From assembly GCA_964559785.1 (NCBI GenBank), contig CAZLJL010000001.1, positions 1 through 33,907 on the forward strand: a DNA stretch of 33,907 nt, written 5' to 3'. The position numbers were made by a program, and so were the translations under genes. Source of the DNA: an uncultured Bifidobacterium sp. GTDB lineage: Bacteria; Pseudomonadota; Gammaproteobacteria; Burkholderiales; Burkholderiaceae_D. Positions 26,720-33,907 of this stretch are shown here, in pieces (within the stretch, counting starts at the first letter, position 1; every line of letters begins with the position of its first letter). The notes below the pieces were generated by a model. The model had not been told where the DNA came from. It ran no database searches and saw only the letters and a list, made by a program, of their open reading frames with translations.

Positions 26720-26874
26720 AAACCATCTTGCCGGCGCAAGAGTGCCTCACAAAACGCCACTGACTACCTTGCAGCAGCTCACCGCACAGACGGCAAGTCT
26801 GCGTCGGCACGCCTTGTTATCGACGCTTTGTGAGGCACTCTACTAAACTGCATGCCCGGTAGAGGACGGGGTTT
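26720..26874 (-). ncRNA. Candidate structured cis-regulatory leader upstream of rplS
   Basis: Nested inverted repeats (outer AAACC..GUC..CCGG.GCA / UGC.CCGG..GAU GGUUU; inner 21-bp stem 26739-26759 / 26821-26841) ending immediately before the SD. Confidence 0.55.
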
Positions 26875-26941
26875 CACAAATCCGGGCAAGCCCGGGAACG
26901 ACAGCGAATCGCTGCTTTTACTGCACCTGCTAATCGTACTG

Positions 26942-27700
26942 CTACGATTTTTGCTTCAACTGTTTGAGCACCGCCTCATCAGCCTTGCTCAAGTATCCTT
27001 GTTCGCGCGCCCGGTCAATCAGCTCGGGGCGCTTGTTCAGCGTCGCTGCCAGTGACTGCTGGCGTCGCCATTTTGCAATCTCGGCGTGGTGACCACCGAG
27101 CAGCACCTCGGGTACCACGACACCTTCGTACACCTCGGGCCGCGTGTAATGCGGACAATCCAGCAGCTCATTCACAAAGCTGTCTTCGACCGCCGAGGCT
27201 TCGTCATTCAACACACCTGGCAACAAACGGATTACCGCATCCATCAGCGCCATCGCCGGTAACTCACCTCCCGACAGCACAAAGTCGCCGAGACTGATCT
27301 CTTCGTCGACACAGCGGTCAATCAGCCGCTGATCGACTGCCTCATAACGACCGCACAAGAGCACCAGTCCTTGCTCTGCCGCGAGTTGCTTCACCTTGTG
27401 GTGATTCAACGGTGCGCCTTGCGGCGACAAATAAATCAACCGCGGCTTGGGCAAACCGGCTTGCTGCTGCCTTGCTTGCGCTGCATGGATCGCGGCTTCC
27501 AACGGCGCTGCCATCATCACCATGCCAGGACCACCCCCATAGGGCCGGTCATCTACCGTACGATGGTTGTCGTTGGTGAAATCACGTGGATTCCACAAAT
27601 TCAGCCCTACTTTGTGTTGCTCGAACGCTCGCCGCGTGATGCCATGCCCCGTTAGTGCATCAAACATCTCGGGGAAGAGTGTCACAACATCAAACTCCAT
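26942..27700 (-). CDS. trmD: tRNA (guanine37-N1)-methyltransferase
   Basis: [45 protein letters not shown]. Confidence 0.98.
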   Translation of the reverse strand: MEFDVVTLFPEMFDALTGHGITRRAFEQHKVGLNLWNPRDFTNDNHRTVDDRPYGGGPGMVMMAAPLEAAIHAAQARQQQAGLPKPRLIYLSPQGAPLNHHKVKQLAAEQGLVLLCGRYEAVDQRLIDRCVDEEISLGDFVLSGGELPAMALMDAVIRLLPGVLNDEASAVEDSFVNELLDCPHYTRPEVYEGVVVPEVLLGGHHAEIAKWRRQQSLAATLNKRPELIDRAREQGYLSKADEAVLKQLKQKS

Positions 27701-27724
27701 CACTCCCCCTGCTCGCTGGCGCGA

Positions 27725-28270
27725 TCAGTAATCCTTTTCCCAGTCGGCCGTTATGTGTCGCTTCGACTGATCGACCGTCTTCACATAGCGGTCGACAAAC
27801 GGTATCAATAATTCTGGTGCGGGTTTGTCTTGATCGGCGGCTGGCTGCACCCGCAATATTGGGTGTGCGCCATTGTCGATCAGGCCAACCACTTCGCCTA
27901 AAGGCTCACCAGCAAGGTTGACGACGCTATGGCCAATCAAGTCAACCCAATAAAATTCTTCATCGCTCAAGGGCGGGAAATGCGCTCGCCGGATGTGTAC
28001 CGCAGCGCCGCGCAAGTCTTCAGCGGCATCTCGGCTTTCCGTTCCCATCAGGCGCGCGACCACATCCTCGCCCTGCGACCTCACCTGCATGACTTCAACA
28101 TCATGCATCGATGGCTTATCCAGCCACCAGGTCTTCGCATTCAACAGCGCACTGGCCTCAGAAGAGTAAGGCTTCAGCCGAACCCAGCCGGCGATGCCGA
28201 ACGCACCAGACACATGCGCTACCAGCACCAGATCATCGGGAATCGGAATCCCCGAGCTGCTGCCAGCCAC
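27725..28270 (-). CDS. rimM: Ribosome maturation factor RimM
   Basis: GAFGIAGWV, EFYWVDLIG, LIPFV; located between rpsP and trmD. Confidence 0.96.
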   Translation of the reverse strand: MAGSSSGIPIPDDLVLVAHVSGAFGIAGWVRLKPYSSEASALLNAKTWWLDKPSMHDVEVMQVRSQGEDVVARLMGTESRDAAEDLRGAAVHIRRAHFPPLSDEEFYWVDLIGHSVVNLAGEPLGEVVGLIDNGAHPILRVQPAADQDKPAPELLIPFVDRYVKTVDQSKRHITADWEKDY

Positions 28271-28274
28271 CCAA

Positions 28275-28526
28275 TCAGGCCGCTTTCTTGGCCGACGATT
28301 TCACCAAGCGCTCGACCGTCGGTGACAGCTGCGCACCAACACCTTGCCAGTGGGCCAGGCGATCTTGATTGATGTTGAAACCTACCGCTGCGCCGGACGC
28401 GATCGGGTTATAGAAACCGATACGCTCGATGAAGCGGCCGTCGCGACGGTTGCGCGAATCAGTAGCAACGATGTTGTAAAAGGGGCGCTTCTTGGAGCCG
28501 CCACGGGATAAACGGATAACGACCAT
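28275..28526 (-). CDS. rpsP: 30S ribosomal protein S16
   Basis: [17 protein letters not shown]...[14 protein letters not shown]. Confidence 0.98.
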   Translation of the reverse strand: MVVIRLSRGGSKKRPFYNIVATDSRNRRDGRFIERIGFYNPIASGAAVGFNINQDRLAHWQGVGAQLSPTVERLVKSSAKKAA

Positions 28527-28568
28527 AATCTTCTCGGAAATTGGGTACTGGCTGGGAAAAAGAGCGAG

Positions 28569-28574
28569 ATTATA
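28569..28574 (-). promoter_or_regulatory. Putative sigma70 -10 box (TATAAT) of the rpsP operon
   Basis: Perfect TATAAT on the minus strand ~43 nt upstream of the rpsP ATG; -35 is weak. Confidence 0.5.
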
Positions 28575-28827
28575 GCTGGTTTCAAGCGCTCAGACCAAGA
28601 AACCAGCCCGTTCCGGCCACGCGGAGGACGCAGCCGCCTCAGCACAGGCCCGAGAGATAAGCATTTTGACAAGTGCGAGGCCAGAAACAAGGCCCCGAGG
28701 GCATGCGGCACTCTTATCGGCTTGCTTTTTTCGCTTGCTTTTTTGACATGCTTCGCTTGAAGCACTTGGTTATAAGGTCCGCGCTTGCAAGGCCCGCGCT
28801 TGCAAAGCCTGGCCCAGCAAGCCTGAT

Positions 28828-30618
28828 TTAGAACGCCTCGACCTCGAGCGCCAGCACACCTGCACTGCCATCGACGATGGCGTCACGTGAAGCGACCGCT
28901 GTGGACAGGTAATGGTCTGCAAAAAATCGGGCGGTCGCGATCTTGGTCTTGAAGAAGGATGCGTCACCCTCGCCCGCCGTCAAGCGCTGTTGCGACACCA
29001 GCGCGGCACGCGCCATTTGCCAACCACCGAGCACGACGCCTGCCATTTTCAGGTAAGGCACGCTGCCAGCAAACACGGCTTTGATATCTGCCTTGACGTT
29101 CGCGACCATGTACTCGACCACCTGCTCCATCGCATCGGCGGCGGTAGACAATCGGTTGGCAATTGCATGCAGGTCGGCGTGATCGGCTTTGCTCAACTCA
29201 GCCGCTGTGGCACGTACCTGATTGATGATGCCTTTCGCCACGGCACCGCCATCACGCACTGTCTTGCGACCAATCAGATCATTCGCCTGAATGGCAGTGG
29301 TTCCCTCGTAAATTGTCAGGATGCGTGCATCACGGTAGTACTGTGCGGCGCCGGTTTCTTCGATGAAGCCCATGCCACCGTGTACTTGCACACCGGTTGA
29401 GGCCACATCAACCGCTAGCTCTGTCGACCAGCCTTTCACGATCGGCACCATGAACTCGTAGAAGGTCAGGTTGGCCTTTTTGCTGGCCTCATCCGGATGG
29501 TGATGGGCGGCGTCGAAGGCTGCCGCAGTGACATACGCCAGCGCACGGGCTGCCTCGGTCTGAGCACGCATGCTCATGAGCATGCGTCGCACATCCGGAT
29601 GATGAATGATCGCCACTGCACCGGATGAGCCCGATAAATCGCGCGACTGCACGCGGTCTCGCGCATACTGCGTCGCTTTTTGGTAAGCGCGATCAGCCAG
29701 TGCAATGCCCTGCATACCTACGCCAAACCGCGCCGCATTCATCATGATGAACATGTACTCAAGGCCGCGATTTTCCTGGCCGACCAGGTAGCCGATTGCA
29801 CCGCCGTTATCACCGTACTGCAGCACTGCAGTCGGGCTGGCTTTGATACCAAGCTTGTGCTCGATCGAAACACAGTGCACGTCATTGCGCGCGCCTAGCG
29901 AGCCATCCGCGTTCACCAGAAACTTCGGCACAATAAATAGCGAGATCCCCTTCACGCCCTCAGGTGCATCGGGGGTACGCGCCAGCACCAAGTGGATGAT
30001 GTTCTCGGCCATGTCATGCTCGCCGAAGGTGATGTAAATCTTGGTGCCGAATAACTTGTAGCTGCCGTCACCCTGCGGCAGTGCGCGAGTGCGTACCAAT
30101 GCGAGATCCGAACCCGCTTGTGGTTCGGTGAGGTTCATGGTGCCGGTCCATTCGCCCGATACCATTTTCGGAATGTACATCTGCTGCTGCTCGTCGCTGC
30201 CCGCCGTCATCAACGCCTCTATCGCGCCATCGGTGAGCAGCGGGCACAAAGCGAACGACAAATTCGCTGCATTGACCATCTCAGCGCATGGCGTGCCGAG
30301 CAATTTGGGCAGGCCTTGTCCACCAAACGCTTGAGGATGCTGCAGGCCTTGCCAGCCAGCCTCGACAAAACTGCGAAACGCTTCCTTGAAACCCGGTGTC
30401 GTGCTGACTTCACCTTCACGCCAGGTACTTGGTTGCTGGTCGCCGGTCCAGTTCAACGGTGCGAGTACCTCGGTACAGAATTTCGCATTCTCTTCAAGCA
30501 CCGCTTCAGCGGTATCCGGTGTCGCATCTTCACAGCCCGGCATTTGACTGATCGCATTCAATGCGGCTAGTTCGTTCATGACGAACATCATGTCCTTCAG
30601 CGGGGCGGTGTAACTCAT
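28828..30618 (-). CDS. Acyl-CoA dehydrogenase (long ~600-aa type)
   Basis: WTGTMNLTEPQAGSDL, GTKIYIT, GISLFIVPK, IEHKLGI, QVHGGMGF, IYEGTTAIQANDL. Confidence 0.95.
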   Translation of the reverse strand: MSYTAPLKDMMFVMNELAALNAISQMPGCEDATPDTAEAVLEENAKFCTEVLAPLNWTGDQQPSTWREGEVSTTPGFKEAFRSFVEAGWQGLQHPQAFGGQGLPKLLGTPCAEMVNAANLSFALCPLLTDGAIEALMTAGSDEQQQMYIPKMVSGEWTGTMNLTEPQAGSDLALVRTRALPQGDGSYKLFGTKIYITFGEHDMAENIIHLVLARTPDAPEGVKGISLFIVPKFLVNADGSLGARNDVHCVSIEHKLGIKASPTAVLQYGDNGGAIGYLVGQENRGLEYMFIMMNAARFGVGMQGIALADRAYQKATQYARDRVQSRDLSGSSGAVAIIHHPDVRRMLMSMRAQTEAARALAYVTAAAFDAAHHHPDEASKKANLTFYEFMVPIVKGWSTELAVDVASTGVQVHGGMGFIEETGAAQYYRDARILTIYEGTTAIQANDLIGRKTVRDGGAVAKGIINQVRATAAELSKADHADLHAIANRLSTAADAMEQVVEYMVANVKADIKAVFAGSVPYLKMAGVVLGGWQMARAALVSQQRLTAGEGDASFFKTKIATARFFADHYLSTAVASRDAIVDGSAGVLALEVEAF

Positions 30619-30734
30619 GAGGGTCTCCGGATATTTTTTTGCTTATGTATTAAAAAGACATGGAACAAAGCCTTGTTTGCTCGATTGCGACGACATGCCC
30701 ACGCAGATCGGCGCAGGCTCGCAGCGTCGCTGGC

Positions 30735-31664
30735 TTAGCCGAGTTCCTTTACCAAAGTCGGCACTGCCTCGAACAGATCAGCGACCAACCCATAATCCGC
30801 CACGCTGAAGATAGGCGCCTCGGCATCCTTGTTAATCGCAACAATGGTTTTCGAGTCTTTCATGCCGGCGAGATGCTGAATCGCTCCGGAAATACCGACC
30901 GCGATATACAACTGTGGTGCGACGATCTTGCCGGTTTGGCCCACTTGCCAGTCGTTCGGCACATAGCCAGCATCGACCGCTGCACGCGAAGCACCCATGG
31001 CAGCGCCCAGCTTATCGGCCAGAGGCTCGAGGATCTTGAAGTTCTCGGCCGAGCCAATACCACGCCCACCGGACACAATCACCTTGGCAGCAGTTAACTC
31101 GGGGCGATCGGACTTGGCCAGCTCGCGCGACACGAAGGTCGATTTACCGCTGTCGGTCACCGCCGTCAGCGTTTCAATTGGCGCACTGCCACCGGTGCCC
31201 GCAGCGTCGAATCCAGTGGCACGCACCGTGATCACTTTGATCGGATCAATCGACTGCACCGTGGCAATGGCATTCCCGGCATAGATCGGGCGCTCGAACG
31301 TATCCGGCGCATCCACTTTGGTGATTTCCGAAATTTGACCGACATCGAGACAAGCAGCAACACGCGGCAAGATGTTCTTGCCGTACGCGGTGGCGGGCGC
31401 AAGCAGGTGGGTGTACGACTTCGCAATCGCGAGCGCTTGCGCGGCAACGTTTTCGGCGAGGCCATCAGCAAACGCTGCGTTATCAGCAACGATCACTTTC
31501 GACACGCCGGCAATTTGTGCTGCCGCTGCTGCCGCTGCATCGCAATGATGGCCAGCGATAAGGACGTGAACTTCCGCGGCGCATTGCGAAGCGGCAGTGA
31601 CGGTATTCAGGGTGCTCGCTTTGAGCGACGAGTTGTCGTGTTCTGCGATGACGAGTGCGGTCAT
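30735..31664 (-). CDS. etfA: Electron transfer flavoprotein alpha subunit
   Basis: [43 protein letters not shown]; start ATG 31664. Confidence 0.97.
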   Translation of the reverse strand: MTALVIAEHDNSSLKASTLNTVTAASQCAAEVHVLIAGHHCDAAAAAAAQIAGVSKVIVADNAAFADGLAENVAAQALAIAKSYTHLLAPATAYGKNILPRVAACLDVGQISEITKVDAPDTFERPIYAGNAIATVQSIDPIKVITVRATGFDAAGTGGSAPIETLTAVTDSGKSTFVSRELAKSDRPELTAAKVIVSGGRGIGSAENFKILEPLADKLGAAMGASRAAVDAGYVPNDWQVGQTGKIVAPQLYIAVGISGAIQHLAGMKDSKTIVAINKDAEAPIFSVADYGLVADLFEAVPTLVKELG

Positions 31665-31690
31665 GGGTGTTCCTTTTTCACAGCCACGGA

Positions 31691-32446
31691 TCAAATAACT
31701 TTGGCTTCGTTTTTCAGTTTCGCGACCAAGGTGGCGACATCGGGCACCATGGTGCCGGCCGAACGCTTGGGGGGATCACTGACTTTTAGCGTCTTCAGGC
31801 GCGGCGACACATCAACGCCGAGTTCGTCCGGCTTGACGATGTCGAGCGGCTTTTTCTTGGCCTTCATGATGTTGGGCAGGGTGACATAGCGCGGCTCATT
31901 CAAACGCAAATCGGTCGTCACCACTGCTGGCAGTGCCAGCGATACGGTCTCTAGACCACCATCCACCTCGCGGGTGACAACAGCCTTGCCCTCTTCGACC
32001 ACCAGCTTGGAGGCGAACGTGGCCTGCGGCCAGCCGAGCAGCGCGGCCAGCATCTGTCCGGTCTGGTTGCAGTCGTCGTCGATCGCCTGCTTGCCCAGAA
32101 CCACCAGTTGCGGCTGCTCTTTGTCGACCAATGCCTTCAATAATTTGGCCACCGCCAATGGCTGCAAGTCGAGTTCCGGGGCTGTCTCGACCAAAATCGC
32201 ACGGTCGGCACCAATAGCCATCGCGGTACGCAGCGTTTCCTGGCACTGCGTGACGCCGCAAGACACCGCAACCACTTCGGTTGCCTTGCCTGCTTCTTTA
32301 ACCCGCATCGCTTCTTCTACTGCGATCTCATCAAAGGGGTTCATCGACATTTTGACGTTCGCGATGTCGACACCGCTGCCATCAGATTTCACGCGCACCT
32401 TGACGTTGTAGTCGACCACGCGCTTGACGGGTACCAGCACTTTCAT
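31691..32446 (-). CDS. etfB: Electron transfer flavoprotein beta subunit
   Basis: [45 protein letters not shown]. Confidence 0.97.
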   Translation of the reverse strand: MKVLVPVKRVVDYNVKVRVKSDGSGVDIANVKMSMNPFDEIAVEEAMRVKEAGKATEVVAVSCGVTQCQETLRTAMAIGADRAILVETAPELDLQPLAVAKLLKALVDKEQPQLVVLGKQAIDDDCNQTGQMLAALLGWPQATFASKLVVEEGKAVVTREVDGGLETVSLALPAVVTTDLRLNEPRYVTLPNIMKAKKKPLDIVKPDELGVDVSPRLKTLKVSDPPKRSAGTMVPDVATLVAKLKNEAKVI

Positions 32447-32477
32447 TGCAATCCTCGATTGCGCCCGGAATGGGCGA

Positions 32478-32495
32478 GTTGACGTTTACGTAAAC
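32478..32495. promoter_or_regulatory. Putative LiuR-type operator GTTGACGTTTACGTAAAC
   Basis: 18-bp near-palindrome resembling the LiuR (MerR-family) box as recalled (TTTACGT-ww-ACGTAAA), 32 nt upstream of etfB. Confidence 0.65.
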
Positions 32496-32501
32496 CGCGA
32501 A

Positions 32502-32531
32502 ATTATAGGTGGGAACGGCGATATCCGTGAA
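32502..32531 (-). promoter_or_regulatory. Putative sigma70 promoter of etfBA
   Basis: Minus-strand TATAAT at 32502-32507 with TTCACG 18 nt upstream. Confidence 0.5.
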
Positions 32532-32584
32532 ACGGCGGGCCCGCGGTGAAATCAGGGCCGAACGACCGCGCGCCGCCTGGGGGA

Positions 32585-32824
32585 CTATTTACGACGCAAA
32601 TAGAACACGAATTCCTTGGGCTCGGCCTGCGCGTGCTCTTCATGCCCCAGCAAATCGTTTCCAGTCTGTCGTGCAAAGGCGTTGAAATCACGCACCGAGC
32701 CGGGATCGGTCGCCTGCACCCGCAACACATCGCCGCTGATCATATCGGCCAGCGCCTTCTTGGCCCTGAGGATGGGCAATGGGCATTTCAGGCCTCTGGC
32801 GTCGAGATCCTTTTGAAATTCCAT
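32585..32824 (-). CDS. tusA: TusA/SirA-family sulfur carrier
   Basis: MEFQKDLDARGLKCPLPIL, ATDPGSVRDF; ATG 32824 lies 4 nt after the alaS stop. Confidence 0.88.
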   Translation of the reverse strand: MEFQKDLDARGLKCPLPILRAKKALADMISGDVLRVQATDPGSVRDFNAFARQTGNDLLGHEEHAQAEPKEFVFYLRRK

Positions 32825-32828
32825 CGCC

Positions 32829-33907
32829 CTACCCCGCCAGCTGCTGCTCGACCCAGCCACTGACCGAGGCCAGCGCAGCCGACAAACCGCTTGGGTCGGT
32901 GCCGCCCGCCTGCGCCATATCCGGTCGGCCGCCGCCCTTGCCGCCCACTTGCTGAGCCACATGATTCACCAGCTCACCCGCCTTCACTCTGGATGTGGCA
33001 TCAGCAGTCACACCGGCGATCAGGCTGACTTTACCGTCATTGACCGTCGCCAGAACAATTGCAGCGGTCTTCAGCTTGTCCTTCATTTTGTCCATGACGC
33101 CACGCAAGGTCGGTACGTCTGCGCCTTCCAATGTCGCGGCCAGTACCTTGATACCGTGGATATCCACCGCCTGCGCGAGCAAATCATCACCCTGACCCGA
33201 TGCCATTTTCGCCTTGAGCGAGGCAAGCTCTTTCTCAAGCATCTTCACTTGCTCTTGCACTTGCGCGATGCGCGAGTTCAGCTCATCGGGTGGCGCCTTC
33301 AGGGCCGCAGCCGCCTCATTCACACGCGCCGCCAGCGATTGCACTAGCGCCAGCGCGTTCTCACCGGTCACTGCCTCGACGCGCCGAATGCCCGCGGCCA
33401 CACCGCCTTCGGACACGATCTTGAACAAGCCGATGTCACCGGTGCGAACCACATGCGTTCCACCGCACAGCTCGGTGGATGACCCAATGCCGAGCACGCG
33501 CACGACATCGCCGTATTTTTCGCCAAACAAGGCCATCGCACCCGCCTTGATCGCATCGTCATAGCCCATGTGCTCCGCAGAGGTTGCAGCATTGCTCAAG
33601 ATTTCATGGTTCACCAGCGCCTCGATGCGCCGAATTTCATCGGCGGTTAAAGGTGCGTTGTGGCTGAAATCGAAACGGGTCTTGTCCTTGTCAACCAAGG
33701 AGCCTTTTTGCATCACATGCCCGCCAAGCACCATGCGCAAGGCTTTATGCATGAGATGCGTTGCCGAGTGGTTACGCATGGTAGCGGCACGTACATGTGC
33801 ATCGACCTTGGTGGAGACTGTATCGCCCACCGATAGCGCGCCGCTGCGTAGCTTGCCGTGATGCCCGAACACCTCAGGCTGAATTTTTTGTGTATCGGCC
33901 ACTTCGA
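32829..33907 (-). CDS. alaS: Alanine--tRNA ligase, 3' part (editing and C-Ala domains); truncated by right edge
   Basis: [59 protein letters not shown]. Confidence 0.98.
   Translation of the reverse strand, partial: EVADTQKIQPEVFGHHGKLRSGALSVGDTVSTKVDAHVRAATMRNHSATHLMHKALRMVLGGHVMQKGSLVDKDKTRFDFSHNAPLTADEIRRIEALVNHEILSNAATSAEHMGYDDAIKAGAMALFGEKYGDVVRVLGIGSSTELCGGTHVVRTGDIGLFKIVSEGGVAAGIRRVEAVTGENALALVQSLAARVNEAAAALKAPPDELNSRIAQVQEQVKMLEKELASLKAKMASGQGDDLLAQAVDIHGIKVLAATLEGADVPTLRGVMDKMKDKLKTAAIVLATVNDGKVSLIAGVTADATSRVKAGELVNHVAQQVGGKGGGRPDMAQAGGTDPSGLSAALASVSGWVEQQLAG

Noticed and set aside
28382-28765. 127-aa minus-strand ORF overlapping rpsP
   Set aside because: Out-of-frame overlap with rpsP and its promoter; no motif.
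30664-30677. AACAAAGCCTTGTT palindrome between etfA and the acyl-CoA dehydrogenase
   Set aside because: Short and matches no operator I can name with confidence.
28912-32411. Several long plus-strand ORFs opposite acyl-CoA dehydrogenase and etfAB
   Set aside because: Typical antisense open frames of GC-rich, codon-biased genes.
32825-32962. Extended 125-aa TusA
   Set aside because: The extension overlaps alaS; a typical TusA begins at ATG 32824.

Overview
Betaproteobacterial (Burkholderiales-like, inferred from gene order and protein style) chromosomal segment in two parts. The left ~24 kb is accessory and generally lower in GC. It holds: the 5' end of a T1SS-secreted adhesin-like gene with a (GGNT)n repeat, on the minus strand, running off the window and missed by the ORF track; a divergent TolC-ABC-HlyD type I secretion operon; a PabB-PabC fusion; a redox/envelope cluster (LysR, DODA dioxygenase, cytochrome b561 and YceI, converging on YceI-YceI-flavin reductase-ChaN-SbmA-like-rhodanese); LemA-TPM; and a type IV minor-pilin operon (pilE-fimT-pilV-pilW-pilX-pilY1) ending in a TonB-C-like gene. 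The right ~10 kb is housekeeping: DUF3579, CobD/CbiB-like, Nudix, rplS-trmD-rimM-rpsP, acyl-CoA dehydrogenase, etfAB, tusA-like and the alaS 3' end. The best leads are a ~155-nt nested RNA structure in the trmD-rplS spacer (candidate L19 leader), the ChaN/SbmA-like/rhodanese/triple-YceI cluster, and the adhesin with its CLD-less exporter. No tRNA, rRNA, CRISPR or transposase was seen. All family calls come from motif recognition by eye, not database searches.
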